This document shows positions 9,921-19,840 of a DNA stretch of 64,000 nucleotides, piece after piece. How positions within the stretch are numbered: the stretch's first letter is position 1; every line of letters starts with the position of its first letter. The notes under the pieces are model-generated. The model was not told the origin of the DNA, made no database searches, and worked only from the letters and a program-made list of their open reading frames with translations. Location of the stretch: the IMG/VR virus record IMGVR_UViG_3300025849_000022, positions 24,309 through 88,308 of that record; one strand, given 5' to 3'. A program made the position numbers and the translations under genes. The stretch is from a virus.

Positions 9921-10517
9921 TCAACCTTTTTGCACAATTAAATTGTATATTTCTTCCCAATTTTTGCACACATTTGCAGGACCATCGTAGTGCATATTGT
10001 GTCCATGCTCAACTAAGATACCTTTTAGACCGGCATCAATACCCCAATCTACGTTCTGTGGTTTGTCTTCTATCCAGTATGCTCCTGGATATTTTTTACC
10101 AAACTCTAACAATATTTCGTCTTTGTCTGCGCCTGTGTCTAAACAAATAACTTCTTTAAAACAGTCATCACCAAACAGTTTATTTAAGTTCTTAGTTCTA
10201 AGTTCTTGTGCGTAAGGGTCTAAACTCAAACTTGTAATTGCTACAAATTGATATTGATGTTGCTCGTGTAACTTCTTAACAAAGTATTGAGCATCACGAA
10301 GTGGAGGAAGGAATCCTATTGCCGCACTTTCATTAAAGTTTTTAATTACTTGATCACCAGTAGAGTCGTTTCTTAGATCAAACTTTTCTCTAATGCTGTA
10401 ATGTAACCTGTGATTTTCTACTGGAAAGTGTCCTCTGTGTTCCATCCAATTATGGAATGCAAACTCCCAGTCCAATACTACGCCATCGCAATCTGTTAAT
10501 ATAATTTTATTTTTCAT
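9921..10517 (-). CDS. HAD-family 5'(3')-nucleotidase-like protein
   Basis: DCDGVVLDW motif I and IEDKPQN motif IV; start moved to MKNKIIL (ATG 6 nt after TATAAT). Confidence 0.75.
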   Translation of the reverse strand: MKNKIILTDCDGVVLDWEFAFHNWMEHRGHFPVENHRLHYSIREKFDLRNDSTGDQVIKNFNESAAIGFLPPLRDAQYFVKKLHEQHQYQFVAITSLSLDPYAQELRTKNLNKLFGDDCFKEVICLDTGADKDEILLEFGKKYPGAYWIEDKPQNVDWGIDAGLKGILVEHGHNMHYDGPANVCKNWEEIYNLIVQKG

Positions 10518-10555
10518 ACATGTATTATACATTCTTTTATCCTCTGTGTCAAGTC

Positions 10556-10582
10556 AAAAGAAAAGCGACCGAAGTCGCTTTT
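10556..10582 (-). terminator. intrinsic terminator
   Basis: GCGAC-TTCG-GTCGC stem followed by a U-tract, after the fibre gene. Confidence 0.8.
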
Positions 10583-10621
10583 CTAAGTTGTTTTTGATTA
10601 GCCTAAACTATTCAAATGATA

Positions 10622-12394
10622 TTATACATATTTGTATTCAACAACACCTGTTACAACACCACCAGTTGGTGTAGCCGCTGTAGTTCCGTCTGCTTGTACA
10701 AACGCAACTTCAACTGCCGCATTCTTGGTTAGTGAACTTGCAAAAGGTAAGTCAACAACATAAGTTCCAACAGCGATATCGTTAGTAGTTGCCGCCGCTA
10801 GTGTATTACCAGCACCTGCATTATCTTTAACTAACATACCGTCTACTGAGCCACCTGATAATAATGTAGTAACGTTTAGAATAACTCTACTTGCGTAATA
10901 AGTTCTTCCTGAAACGTTAGGTACTGTACCTATATCAAAAGTTGAGTCACTGCTGTTTGCTGTGAAACTTGCTCTTAATGTAAGGCCATCACCACCGTTA
11001 TTTTCTACATAGTCAACAACTGCCGCTGAAGTTGGAATAGTAGTATCGTTATCGTTACTGCCAATTCCATCTGCTTCGTCAACAAACTTAGTGATTGCAA
11101 TGCTTTCACCACTGTCAGTTAATGTACCAAATGATACAATTCCTGATGCTGTGACATTTACTAATCCAGTAGCACTACCTGAACTGATAGAAGCAGTTCC
11201 GTCTGTTAATGTACCTGCTTGTACTTGACCACTAAATGTACCGGCTGTCATACCAGTAAGTGTAGTATCCATCGCAAAAGTAACGTCATCTGCTGAGTTA
11301 CTTGAAGTAATGTTTAATCCACCTAATAGTTTTAACTTATCAGATGCTAATGCTACGACGTTATCTGCCGCGTCATCAGACTGAATTGTTAATGATGTTG
11401 AAATACTTGCTGTACTTGCCGCTGTAATTCTACCTTGTTGATCAACTGTAAAAGTTGGAACTGCTGTAGAACTACCATATGCACCTGGAGTTACTGCTGT
11501 ATCATCAAGATCAACACTAATTGTTTGTCCTGATGCTGTAGTAGTAATACCTGTGTCACCTGAAATAGTAATAGACTGAGTGTCTAAATCTACTGTTCCA
11601 GTTCCACTGTCACCTGCTATACCTAAGTCATCGTCTCTGTCTAAGCCATCGACGTATGCTTTCATTTCAGTGTTTGCAGTATTAACGTAGGTTAACATGT
11701 TGCTATTTGCTGTTGTAATTGCTGAATTTAGTGTTGATACTTCACCATCAACAAAAGCCTTAATACTTTGTTGTGTTGCTAGTTTAGTAGCACTATCTGA
11801 AGCCATATTGTCTTCATCAGCAATATCTGTTATTGTTACTGTACCATCTGATAAAGATCCAAACTGTACTGTGCCTGTGCCAGTAATGTCTGTACCATCA
11901 ATCGCCGCCGCTTTAAAGTCTGCCGCTGTGATAGTTAATGCACCAGTACTAGAACCTGTGAAGGTTCCTGTTCCTGCTACAACTTTATCTTCTGATTCGT
12001 CCCATCCAATGAATACGTTATTGCTGTCACCACGTTCGATAATTAAACCGACATCGTTTGATGGTGTACCAGTTGTACCCGTTGCTAGTTCTAGCAATGA
12101 GTCAGCAATAGTTGTGTTCGTTGAACTAACAGTAGTTGTACTACCGTTGACTGTTAAGTCACCAGTAATAACGGCGTCACCGTTAACATTAACGGTTGTC
12201 GCTGTAATATCATTGGAAAGTAATGATCCTTGTACGTCTACGTTGGCGGCTCTAATAGCCTTCAGTGTTGACCCGTCTGATCCAGTAAATTCGTAACGAT
12301 CACTCGCACTCACCCACTTAAATCTTCCGCCACCTTTACCAAGTTGAACGTCATTGGAAATACCTTTTAGACCAAAATTCTTTACATCTGCCAT
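10622..12394 (-). CDS. virion structural / tail fibre protein
   Basis: T/S/G/D-rich; VITGDLTVNGSTTTV and TVDQQGRITAAST fibre repeats; start at MADVKNFG with GGAG RBS. Confidence 0.8.
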   Translation of the reverse strand: MADVKNFGLKGISNDVQLGKGGGRFKWVSASDRYEFTGSDGSTLKAIRAANVDVQGSLLSNDITATTVNVNGDAVITGDLTVNGSTTTVSSTNTTIADSLLELATGTTGTPSNDVGLIIERGDSNNVFIGWDESEDKVVAGTGTFTGSSTGALTITAADFKAAAIDGTDITGTGTVQFGSLSDGTVTITDIADEDNMASDSATKLATQQSIKAFVDGEVSTLNSAITTANSNMLTYVNTANTEMKAYVDGLDRDDDLGIAGDSGTGTVDLDTQSITISGDTGITTTASGQTISVDLDDTAVTPGAYGSSTAVPTFTVDQQGRITAASTASISTSLTIQSDDAADNVVALASDKLKLLGGLNITSSNSADDVTFAMDTTLTGMTAGTFSGQVQAGTLTDGTASISSGSATGLVNVTASGIVSFGTLTDSGESIAITKFVDEADGIGSNDNDTTIPTSAAVVDYVENNGGDGLTLRASFTANSSDSTFDIGTVPNVSGRTYYASRVILNVTTLLSGGSVDGMLVKDNAGAGNTLAAATTNDIAVGTYVVDLPFASSLTKNAAVEVAFVQADGTTAATPTGGVVTGVVEYKYV

Positions 12395-12540
12395 TTTGTA
12401 TTCTCCCTGAGAGTTTTTTTGAGGGTATTCAACTCCCTCTTTCAATTTTTACATTGTTCCGGAATAATGTGTACTGATGTGTTTTGTAATAGTATTTATC
12501 TTTCTGCCAGAATAAGTGGCAAAAATCGTATTAGAATAGA

Positions 12541-14553
12541 TTAAATATATGTGACTTTTACGGTGGCATTACCGGCTGTTGCACCGTAATGATTGATTCT
12601 GAAGTTTACTTCTAATTCATCTGTATTAGAAGAAGGCCATACATACTCTGGATTTGTTATGTATCCACCTGCTGAGCCAGGATCATTGTCGTCCTGTCCA
12701 TGTAGGAAATCTGTATCTACTGTGGTACCAACTTCCATTGTGGTTTCTTGTGAACCACCTGTAAATGCTGTGTGTACTTCTACACTAACACTTTGTATTT
12801 TACCACCGGGTGATACATTACCTAAGTCATAATTTGTACTGTTACCAAATCCTCCTACAGGTGCTGTTACATTGTATGTGAGCGTCTGTGCGTCGGTATT
12901 AGCACTATCCTGATCACTTACCTTAGTCCAGGCACTACCATCCCATAAATACAATGCCCATTCACCTACACCGTTATCAATAACGTATGCTTGGTCACCT
13001 GTTGTAGGTGATAATGAATTTCTTGAACTTATGTCAGAAACAACTGTAACACTAGCACTTCTAATACCTTGTTCAACATTCATTGCTAATGGAAACATAC
13101 CATTGTGTACACTGAATATACCTGCGTTGTTTTCAAAATTACCTGTGCTATCAAATATATCAATTGGGCCACCATCTGTCCTAGTAAGTTTTAATTTGCT
13201 ACCTGTACTTGCTGATGTAAATGAAGGCAGTCCTGACACATTACTTGAACCCACATAAGGATTACCGTTAACATCATTTGAATTATTATATATGTTAATA
13301 GCATTACCGTTTGCTTCACTCAGTGTTAATGTTGTACTAGTAAATGATGCACTTAAATTAGGAATACTTGCGGCATTTATATCTGTTGCCATGTCTTCTG
13401 GAATAGCAACTGCTATACCGTAAGCGGCCTGCCCTGCGGCATTGGTTGTAAAGTTTACAGTAGTATTACCACTGCCACCATTAAAGATTGCACTAAAAGT
13501 AGTATATCCACCAACTAATCCGTATGCTGTACCTGACGCACTTGAACTTACTGTTGTTGGTGCTGGTGAGTCACTTGCTACTATACTTGTTCCACTTAGT
13601 CCATTAATTTGGCTAACAGTTTCTGCTAATGTACTACTAAATCCTGCACCATTAAATGTATGACTGACACCATTAAATTTAACTACTGTACCGTCTGGTA
13701 CTGTTGGATTGATTGCTGTACCAATTGTACTTGTTTCAACAGCATTAGCAATCTTTAAGAACATTATTTTACCTGTATCGGATGTAGTTAAATCTCCATC
13801 CGTATCTGCGTAAATAAAGTCTCCTGCGTTACCAGGTATTGCTGGTACAAAGTCTATAATTCTATTGTTAGGTGATACCATAAACGCATCTGGACCCGGT
13901 CCGCTTTCAACTACAACACCAAAACTCTTACTAACAAGAGCGGCATTAGCCTTAACAAATGAACCGGTATTACTAACAGCAATAACATCACCTATAGAAA
14001 AACCATGTGCGGTTTTTTCTAGTAAGTAATTTAATTGTGGGTTTAAGTATTGAAATCTGCTATTAACGTTAGCATAGAAGTCTGAACTAACTATGCCACT
14101 TGGTAGTGGATCTAACATTGGATGTCCACTTTCGTTTAATGTGAATATAACACAACTACCAGTATTAAATATACCGTTACCTGTATTACTTTTAAATGTG
14201 TTATAACGTGCAACATCTTCTACTTCGCATGTAACACTTGTAGAACTTTTAGAAGTTACTGAAATAATTTTAAGACATTGTCCAGATGTTGCTCCTGCTA
14301 TCCAGTCGCCGACAGTAACATCAAGTCCGTTAAACTCTCTGTCTTTTCTTGTTAAGTGAGAACCATGTGCTTGTGATGTAACAGTAAATGTAATAGTCCA
14401 TTGATAATTTTTTGGTGATGAACCACCTGAGTACCATCTGTCTGCTGAGCCATTTGCGTGTGCCCATAGTGTCTTACCAGTAATACTTGTTACATTAACA
14501 CCTAAAACTTTGTTGGGTACATTGAGTTCTATTTGACTAGTCTTATAAGACAT
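12541..14553 (-). CDS. virion structural protein (tail/baseplate-associated)
   Basis: 670-aa G/S/T/N-rich ORF within the fibre gene block. Confidence 0.7.
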   Translation of the reverse strand: MSYKTSQIELNVPNKVLGVNVTSITGKTLWAHANGSADRWYSGGSSPKNYQWTITFTVTSQAHGSHLTRKDREFNGLDVTVGDWIAGATSGQCLKIISVTSKSSTSVTCEVEDVARYNTFKSNTGNGIFNTGSCVIFTLNESGHPMLDPLPSGIVSSDFYANVNSRFQYLNPQLNYLLEKTAHGFSIGDVIAVSNTGSFVKANAALVSKSFGVVVESGPGPDAFMVSPNNRIIDFVPAIPGNAGDFIYADTDGDLTTSDTGKIMFLKIANAVETSTIGTAINPTVPDGTVVKFNGVSHTFNGAGFSSTLAETVSQINGLSGTSIVASDSPAPTTVSSSASGTAYGLVGGYTTFSAIFNGGSGNTTVNFTTNAAGQAAYGIAVAIPEDMATDINAASIPNLSASFTSTTLTLSEANGNAINIYNNSNDVNGNPYVGSSNVSGLPSFTSASTGSKLKLTRTDGGPIDIFDSTGNFENNAGIFSVHNGMFPLAMNVEQGIRSASVTVVSDISSRNSLSPTTGDQAYVIDNGVGEWALYLWDGSAWTKVSDQDSANTDAQTLTYNVTAPVGGFGNSTNYDLGNVSPGGKIQSVSVEVHTAFTGGSQETTMEVGTTVDTDFLHGQDDNDPGSAGGYITNPEYVWPSSNTDELEVNFRINHYGATAGNATVKVTYI

Positions 14554-14557
14554 AGTA

Positions 14558-17500
14558 TTACTCCGCCATCACAAACGTTATCCAAGCATGGGTGCTTGTT
14601 CCAAACGATCTACTTGCTCCTGTAATGGCTTCTGATACTTTTAAGTCAACATTAGCATCTGTAGAGAAACTACCAAATGCTGTTGGTGATCCGCTACTTC
14701 CACCACCGTCTACAGTTCTAGTAGTCCAGTCTCCGCTTACTGCGTTCATGCTATACTTGTTTGAAGCATACTGATAACCATGAGCCATAATTGCTACTGG
14801 CGGATAATCAAATCCTGTGAATTGAACTTCTAATTCAGCACCTGCGGCACTTGTAATTGTTGTAGCATTAATGCCTGCTGTGACATTTGATATACTTGTT
14901 AATTCGCCTGATGTGTTATAATTTAATTTTAATCTTTCGTATGTGTTACCACGTGTTACAGAGCCGCCACCGCCTCCGCCACTAATTGTAATTGTTTTAG
15001 TTGTACCTGATCCAGATGCAACAACACCCGAACCTACAAAATTAAGAGTTGAAGCCGCTGTTGCTAATGATGAACCTTCGTCTTGTACAGTAATAGCACT
15101 ACCACTACCTGCTGGTCCTGTTGGTCCAGTTGCACCTGCTGGTCCTGTTGGACCTGCTACTGTACTTGCTTCACCTTTTTGTCCTTTATCACCTGCTGGT
15201 CCTTGTGCACCATCTGATCCTGTAGAACCATCTGCACCTGCGGCACCTTGTGCTCCAGTTTGACCTTTTTCGCCTTTATCACCTGTGGGTCCTGTTGGGC
15301 CACCTAATTCACCTTTGTCGCCCTTACTTCCTGTTGGACCAGTACCACCTACATTTCCTTGAGGTCCTGTTGGTCCAGTTGCTCCAACTGTTCCTTGTGG
15401 TCCTACTTCACCCTTAGTACCCTGTCCACCTTGTGGTCCAGTAGCACCTTGTGGTCCTAATTCACCTTTTTGTCCTTTTGCTCCGTCACTACCGTCACTA
15501 CCGTTATTACCAGTAGCACCTGTATCTCCTTTGGTACCTTGTGGACCTGTTGGTCCTGTATTTCCTTGTGGTCCTGCTACTGTGCTATCTGCACCAGTGG
15601 CTCCTTTTTGTCCTTGAGCACCTTGTGGACCTGTGGCACCTTGAGCACCAGTTGGACCTTGTGGACCTGTATCGCCTTTAGAACCCTGAGGTCCTGTTGG
15701 TCCTGCTACACCTTGTGCACCAGTTGTACCTTGAGCACCTGTAACACCTTGTTCGCCTTTTAGTCCATCGTCACCTTTCTGACCTTTGTCTCCTGCTGGG
15801 GAGGCCGCTACCCATGAACTATCATAATAAACATATAGTTCACCTGAGTCACTTGCCCACCATAAGTCGCCTTCTACTATACTACCGCTTGGTGATGTAT
15901 TTGCAACTGTTACAGAAGCATCAACACTATCCAGTGCCGAACTTATATCAACACTACTAACACCGCCACTAATAGAAATAACATTACCTGATATGCTTAG
16001 TGTTTGGTTAGTACCAGCACCAATTTCACCTTTTTGTCCTTGTGGTCCTGTTGCTCCAACTTCACCTTTGGTTCCGGTTGGACCTTGTGGACCTGTTGGT
16101 CCTACATTACCTTGTGGTCCAGTTGCTCCAACTTCGCCTTTTGATCCATCGTTACCTGCTGGTCCTTGTGGTCCAATTTCGCCTTTTGCTCCATCGTTAC
16201 CTGCTGGTCCAGTTGCACCTTGAGGTCCTGTGGCACCTGTATTGCCTTGAGCACCTTTATCTCCAGTATTACCAGCAACACCTTGTGCTCCTTGGTCACC
16301 TTTTGAACCTTTGTCTCCGTTTGCTCCTGCTGGACCAGTGTTACCTATAGCACCTTGTGGTCCAGTGGCTCCTGTTGCGCCAGTATCTCCTAATTCACCT
16401 TTTTGTCCTTTTGCTCCGTCACTACCTGCAGGTCCAGTTGCTCCAGTATCACCTTTAACTCCTGCACCACCGCCCCCGGTAGCATCGATTGTAATTGTTT
16501 GTGCATTACTATCTGCTGATATTGTTGCATTTGCACCTGCGATAAATGTTAATTGGTCTGCGGCTACATTTGCTACTACACTATTACCACCTTGTACACT
16601 TACTGTTTTAAATGCTTCGCCGGCTCCACCGCCTCCGCCACCGCCTGTGTTATTAATTGTAATAGTATCAGTACTTGCATCAGCAGTAATTGAAATGCCA
16701 CTACCTGCTACAAAATTTAATGTATCTTGATTGTTGTCTGCAATAATTAAATCTTGACCAGCAACACTGATATTTTTAAATATACCGTCATTTAATTGTG
16801 TATTATTAATTGTTACTGTATCGCCAGTGACTACTGTTGTTATTCCTGTGCCACCAACAATATTAAATGTATCGTCTTTTGCACTAGCATCAGTAGAACC
16901 TGAATCGCCTGTAAAACTCTTATAATATCTTAATGCAGATACATTGGAACTAATTGCTGTATTAACTTCTGCTTTAGTATACTTGTCAATGCTACTGTCG
17001 TCTAGTGTAGCATCTATTGTAATTGTATCTGTTCCTGGGTTAGCAGTAAAACTTACATTGCTACCGCTAACTAAATTAAGTGTATCATTATTATTGTCTG
17101 CAATAATAAGTATACCATCTGCACTAACGTTTTTAAATACGCCTGTGATAGCATCTGTTTTTGAAATCTGTATAGTATTGTTAGCAGTATATTGATTTAT
17201 ACCAATGCCTGTTCCACCCTCAAATCTAATTGCGTGGGTGGCACTTGTGGCACTGATTGTGTTTGCTGAACCAACACTAGTAACTGTGCTTATAGCATTT
17301 TGTAATTGTGCTGATGAAATATTGGCATCAACTTCTGCTTTGCTGTAAACACCTAAATTTGTTCTTGCTGTTGCGGCATTTGGTAAGTCACTTAAATTAT
17401 TTGTTTTAATAACTGCATTTGCTAATGTTGCCGCTGTAATAATAGTTGCGCCATCTTCTAATCTAATGGCCGCATCTGCTGTTCCTCTAAATCTGTTTGC

Positions 17501-18358
17501 AAATATATTTAAATATTTGTAATTGCTGTTTCCAATGTCATATGACATTGTGGTATCTGGCATACTAGTAGCATTTTTAGGTATATAATTTGCTAAGTTG
17601 GCAGTTAGTTGACTAGCAGTTAAACCACCAGTTTGTAATGTTGTCCAACTAACACCACCTGAACCATTTGTTACAAGTACTTGTCCATTTGTACCATCTG
17701 ATGTTGGTAATGTAAATGCATTAGCAAATGTTGTACTTCTGTTTGAATTTATTTTTAATGCTGGTGTTGTGCTACTTGCACTACCTACATAAAATACAGT
17801 ACTGTTTGCACTTCTAACTTCTATATGTCCATCTGTGCTTTTTGTTGCTAATATTAAACTATGTTGTGAACTAAGTTCTACATCTGCGGCATCGTTTGAA
17901 CTAATAACAAATCTTGTTTTAGAATCAAATCCTGCACTTTGACTGTGTGTAGGATAGTTTGCGTTATTTAATATACCTGCGTATGCTGTGATATTAGCAT
18001 TATCACCAAAGTTTCTACCTGAGAAGATATTTGTATTGCCATTCACATTGTGAATGCTTAATGGTGTTGGTATTGTATATGCTGTTGAGGAAACAGTAAT
18101 AACGTTTGCAGATTCAGTTACAGTAGTTGCACCTGAGCCTTGTATCTTTTTAAAGTTTAATTGTGAACCGTCTTTTGCTGAGAATAAGCCTATTCCAGAA
18201 GCACCTACATTGCTACCACCTGTAACGGCGGCGTTTGCATCTGCAGAAACACTATCTTGTGCTACAAAAATTCCTTGCGTAGAATCGTAAACTAGGATCT
18301 GATTATCGGTGATCCCGTCTATATTAAAAGTTAAATTATCTCCTGTTACATTTGGCAT
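14558..18358 (-). CDS. collagen triple-helix repeat tail fibre protein
   Basis: two long Gly-X-Y tracts, repeated [14 protein letters not shown]-like modules, [17 protein letters not shown] motif. Confidence 0.85.
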   Translation of the reverse strand: MPNVTGDNLTFNIDGITDNQILVYDSTQGIFVAQDSVSADANAAVTGGSNVGASGIGLFSAKDGSQLNFKKIQGSGATTVTESANVITVSSTAYTIPTPLSIHNVNGNTNIFSGRNFGDNANITAYAGILNNANYPTHSQSAGFDSKTRFVISSNDAADVELSSQHSLILATKSTDGHIEVRSANSTVFYVGSASSTTPALKINSNRSTTFANAFTLPTSDGTNGQVLVTNGSGGVSWTTLQTGGLTASQLTANLANYIPKNATSMPDTTMSYDIGNSNYKYLNIFANRFRGTADAAIRLEDGATIITAATLANAVIKTNNLSDLPNAATARTNLGVYSKAEVDANISSAQLQNAISTVTSVGSANTISATSATHAIRFEGGTGIGINQYTANNTIQISKTDAITGVFKNVSADGILIIADNNNDTLNLVSGSNVSFTANPGTDTITIDATLDDSSIDKYTKAEVNTAISSNVSALRYYKSFTGDSGSTDASAKDDTFNIVGGTGITTVVTGDTVTINNTQLNDGIFKNISVAGQDLIIADNNQDTLNFVAGSGISITADASTDTITINNTGGGGGGGAGEAFKTVSVQGGNSVVANVAADQLTFIAGANATISADSNAQTITIDATGGGGAGVKGDTGATGPAGSDGAKGQKGELGDTGATGATGPQGAIGNTGPAGANGDKGSKGDQGAQGVAGNTGDKGAQGNTGATGPQGATGPAGNDGAKGEIGPQGPAGNDGSKGEVGATGPQGNVGPTGPQGPTGTKGEVGATGPQGQKGEIGAGTNQTLSISGNVISISGGVSSVDISSALDSVDASVTVANTSPSGSIVEGDLWWASDSGELYVYYDSSWVAASPAGDKGQKGDDGLKGEQGVTGAQGTTGAQGVAGPTGPQGSKGDTGPQGPTGAQGATGPQGAQGQKGATGADSTVAGPQGNTGPTGPQGTKGDTGATGNNGSDGSDGAKGQKGELGPQGATGPQGGQGTKGEVGPQGTVGATGPTGPQGNVGGTGPTGSKGDKGELGGPTGPTGDKGEKGQTGAQGAAGADGSTGSDGAQGPAGDKGQKGEASTVAGPTGPAGATGPTGPAGSGSAITVQDEGSSLATAASTLNFVGSGVVASGSGTTKTITISGGGGGGSVTRGNTYERLKLNYNTSGELTSISNVTAGINATTITSAAGAELEVQFTGFDYPPVAIMAHGYQYASNKYSMNAVSGDWTTRTVDGGGSSGSPTAFGSFSTDANVDLKVSEAITGASRSFGTSTHAWITFVMAE
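15107..16462 (-). repeat. collagen (Gly-X-Y)n coding repeats in two blocks (~16013-16462 and ~15107-15797)
   Basis: [14 protein letters not shown] triplets, interrupted by a GDLWW...[11 protein letters not shown] domain. Confidence 0.9.
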
Positions 18359-18409
18359 AGTATTCCTATTCTAATTTGCAATTATAATGTATTTATCAAC
18401 AAAGTTGAT

Positions 18410-18769
18410 TTAATTGCTTAATAAAATTTGTGAGATACTACCGTATGATAAGTCATATGTACTGCCATCGCCAACTCCTGCTCTATCAAGAACGGCTCTT
18501 AGGTATACATAATTACCTTTAAATGTGTGAATTTCTGTGCCTGTAGTTGCAGATGATTTTTCAATTAGTTTTATATCACCCCAATCGGCTGATTCAGGTG
18601 TTAATGATAGTGTGCCTTGTAGTTTAATCTTGCCTACAAAAGCATTTAACTTCACACTAACGGAGTGAATTCCGTCCGTATAACCGAAATAACTATCTGC
18701 TTTGATTTTGTTGCCGGTTAACCCCATATTATTATCGGAGTTTCCTAGCATTTCTAATGTTCTTCTCAT
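18410..18769 (-). CDS. hypothetical, probably virion protein
   Basis: GATAAATA motif and GAGG RBS upstream of MRRTLEML. Confidence 0.65.
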   Translation of the reverse strand: MRRTLEMLGNSDNNMGLTGNKIKADSYFGYTDGIHSVSVKLNAFVGKIKLQGTLSLTPESADWGDIKLIEKSSATTGTEIHTFKGNYVYLRAVLDRAGVGDGSTYDLSYGSISQILLSN

Positions 18770-18818
18770 AAGTAGCCTCAATTGTATTTATCTCAATAAG
18801 GCTGTTATGAGAATGTTG

Positions 18819-19292
18819 CTAAACTTGTTCTAATCTTTCCATTAAACGTTCAGCACGGTTAGTAACTTGTTTATGCCATCTTGAATCTCTACCTTCTACT
18901 GCGGCAGTTTTCCAATCTTCTTTAATGATTGCGGCATGCATCTTTTTAAACTTGCTTAACCTAGTTCTACCCATATTAAACATCATATTAACCAAGATTT
19001 GCTGGACTTCGTCTGGTAAGTCTCCAAATACCCCTGCTTCGTATAGCAACTCACACTCAGATATTGCTGTGTCGAGGTCTCTTTCAAAACATTCTTTAAC
19101 ACGTTCTTCTGATACTGGTGTGCCAACCTCCGCTCCATGCTCTGGATCGGTGTCGAGGACCAAATGGCCCACTCCGAAAGTCGGGTATCCCAGGTGGTCG
19201 AGGTAAACTTCATTGACTACTCCTTCATCTATTTTGAGTTGCTCAAATACAGCATCTCTATCTAACTTTGTGTCTCTTCCAAATAATCCCAT
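18819..19292 (-). CDS. endolysin, T4-lysozyme (GH24)-like
   Basis: DEG...YLDHLGYPTFGVGHL catalytic region, NMMFNMG, SRWHKQVTNRAERL. Confidence 0.9.
   Translation of the reverse strand: MGLFGRDTKLDRDAVFEQLKIDEGVVNEVYLDHLGYPTFGVGHLVLDTDPEHGAEVGTPVSEERVKECFERDLDTAISECELLYEAGVFGDLPDEVQQILVNMMFNMGRTRLSKFKKMHAAIIKEDWKTAAVEGRDSRWHKQVTNRAERLMERLEQV
18983..19213 (-). CDS. putative overlapping gene nested in the endolysin (+1 frame, 76 aa)
   Basis: AAGGAG-6 nt-ATG; endolysin codons across this interval avoid +1-frame stops. Confidence 0.45.
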   Translation of the reverse strand: MKFTSTTWDTRLSEWAIWSSTPIQSMERRLAHQYQKNVLKNVLKETSTQQYLSVSCYTKQGYLETYQTKSSKSWLI

Positions 19293-19840
19293 TATAATTC
19301 CTCTAGTGTAACTACTTTATAAATTTCGTTTTTACCAAGTGATAATTGTAACTTGGCAACATCTTTTTTATTATCTAAGTATATTGTGCTCTTCCACCTA
19401 TCGGGTGTAGTATTTATTTTTGCATTCATACTTAAACTATTTACTTTGTCAATCCAACTACTACCTGGATTATACTTATATGTAACGTACCTATATTTAT
19501 TAAAAAACAGTCTATGTCGTAGTATTTTGTCAGTTGATTGTATAACTGCTAATTCTTTATGTGAGCGTATACCTTCTATCTTAATAATACTATCTTTAAA
19601 TTGTTTTATAAATTTTTTAGCAACTTTGCTGTCTGAGAAATATATAGTAAAGTCCTTATGCCATGCAAACTTCATTGTGTCCCAGCAGTACATATTTTGA
19701 AAATTATAGATATCGTTTAATACCATAGCATCGTGTATTAACCAATTGCCTTTAACTGATATTTTGATATGGTATTTGTTCCACCATACCTTTAAAGATG
19801 GTTGTATAACCAATCCTGCTACTGTATTTCCTAAATTCAT
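19292..19840 (-). CDS. hypothetical protein
   Basis: 182-aa ORF coupled to clpA and the endolysin. Confidence 0.7.
   Translation of the reverse strand: MNLGNTVAGLVIQPSLKVWWNKYHIKISVKGNWLIHDAMVLNDIYNFQNMYCWDTMKFAWHKDFTIYFSDSKVAKKFIKQFKDSIIKIEGIRSHKELAVIQSTDKILRHRLFFNKYRYVTYKYNPGSSWIDKVNSLSMNAKINTTPDRWKSTIYLDNKKDVAKLQLSLGKNEIYKVVTLEEL

Noticed and set aside
11697-18290. Many plus-strand ORFs of 60-200 aa opposite the fibre genes
   Set aside because: Antisense shadows of Gly/Thr/Ala-rich and collagen codons, with no RBS or promoter support.
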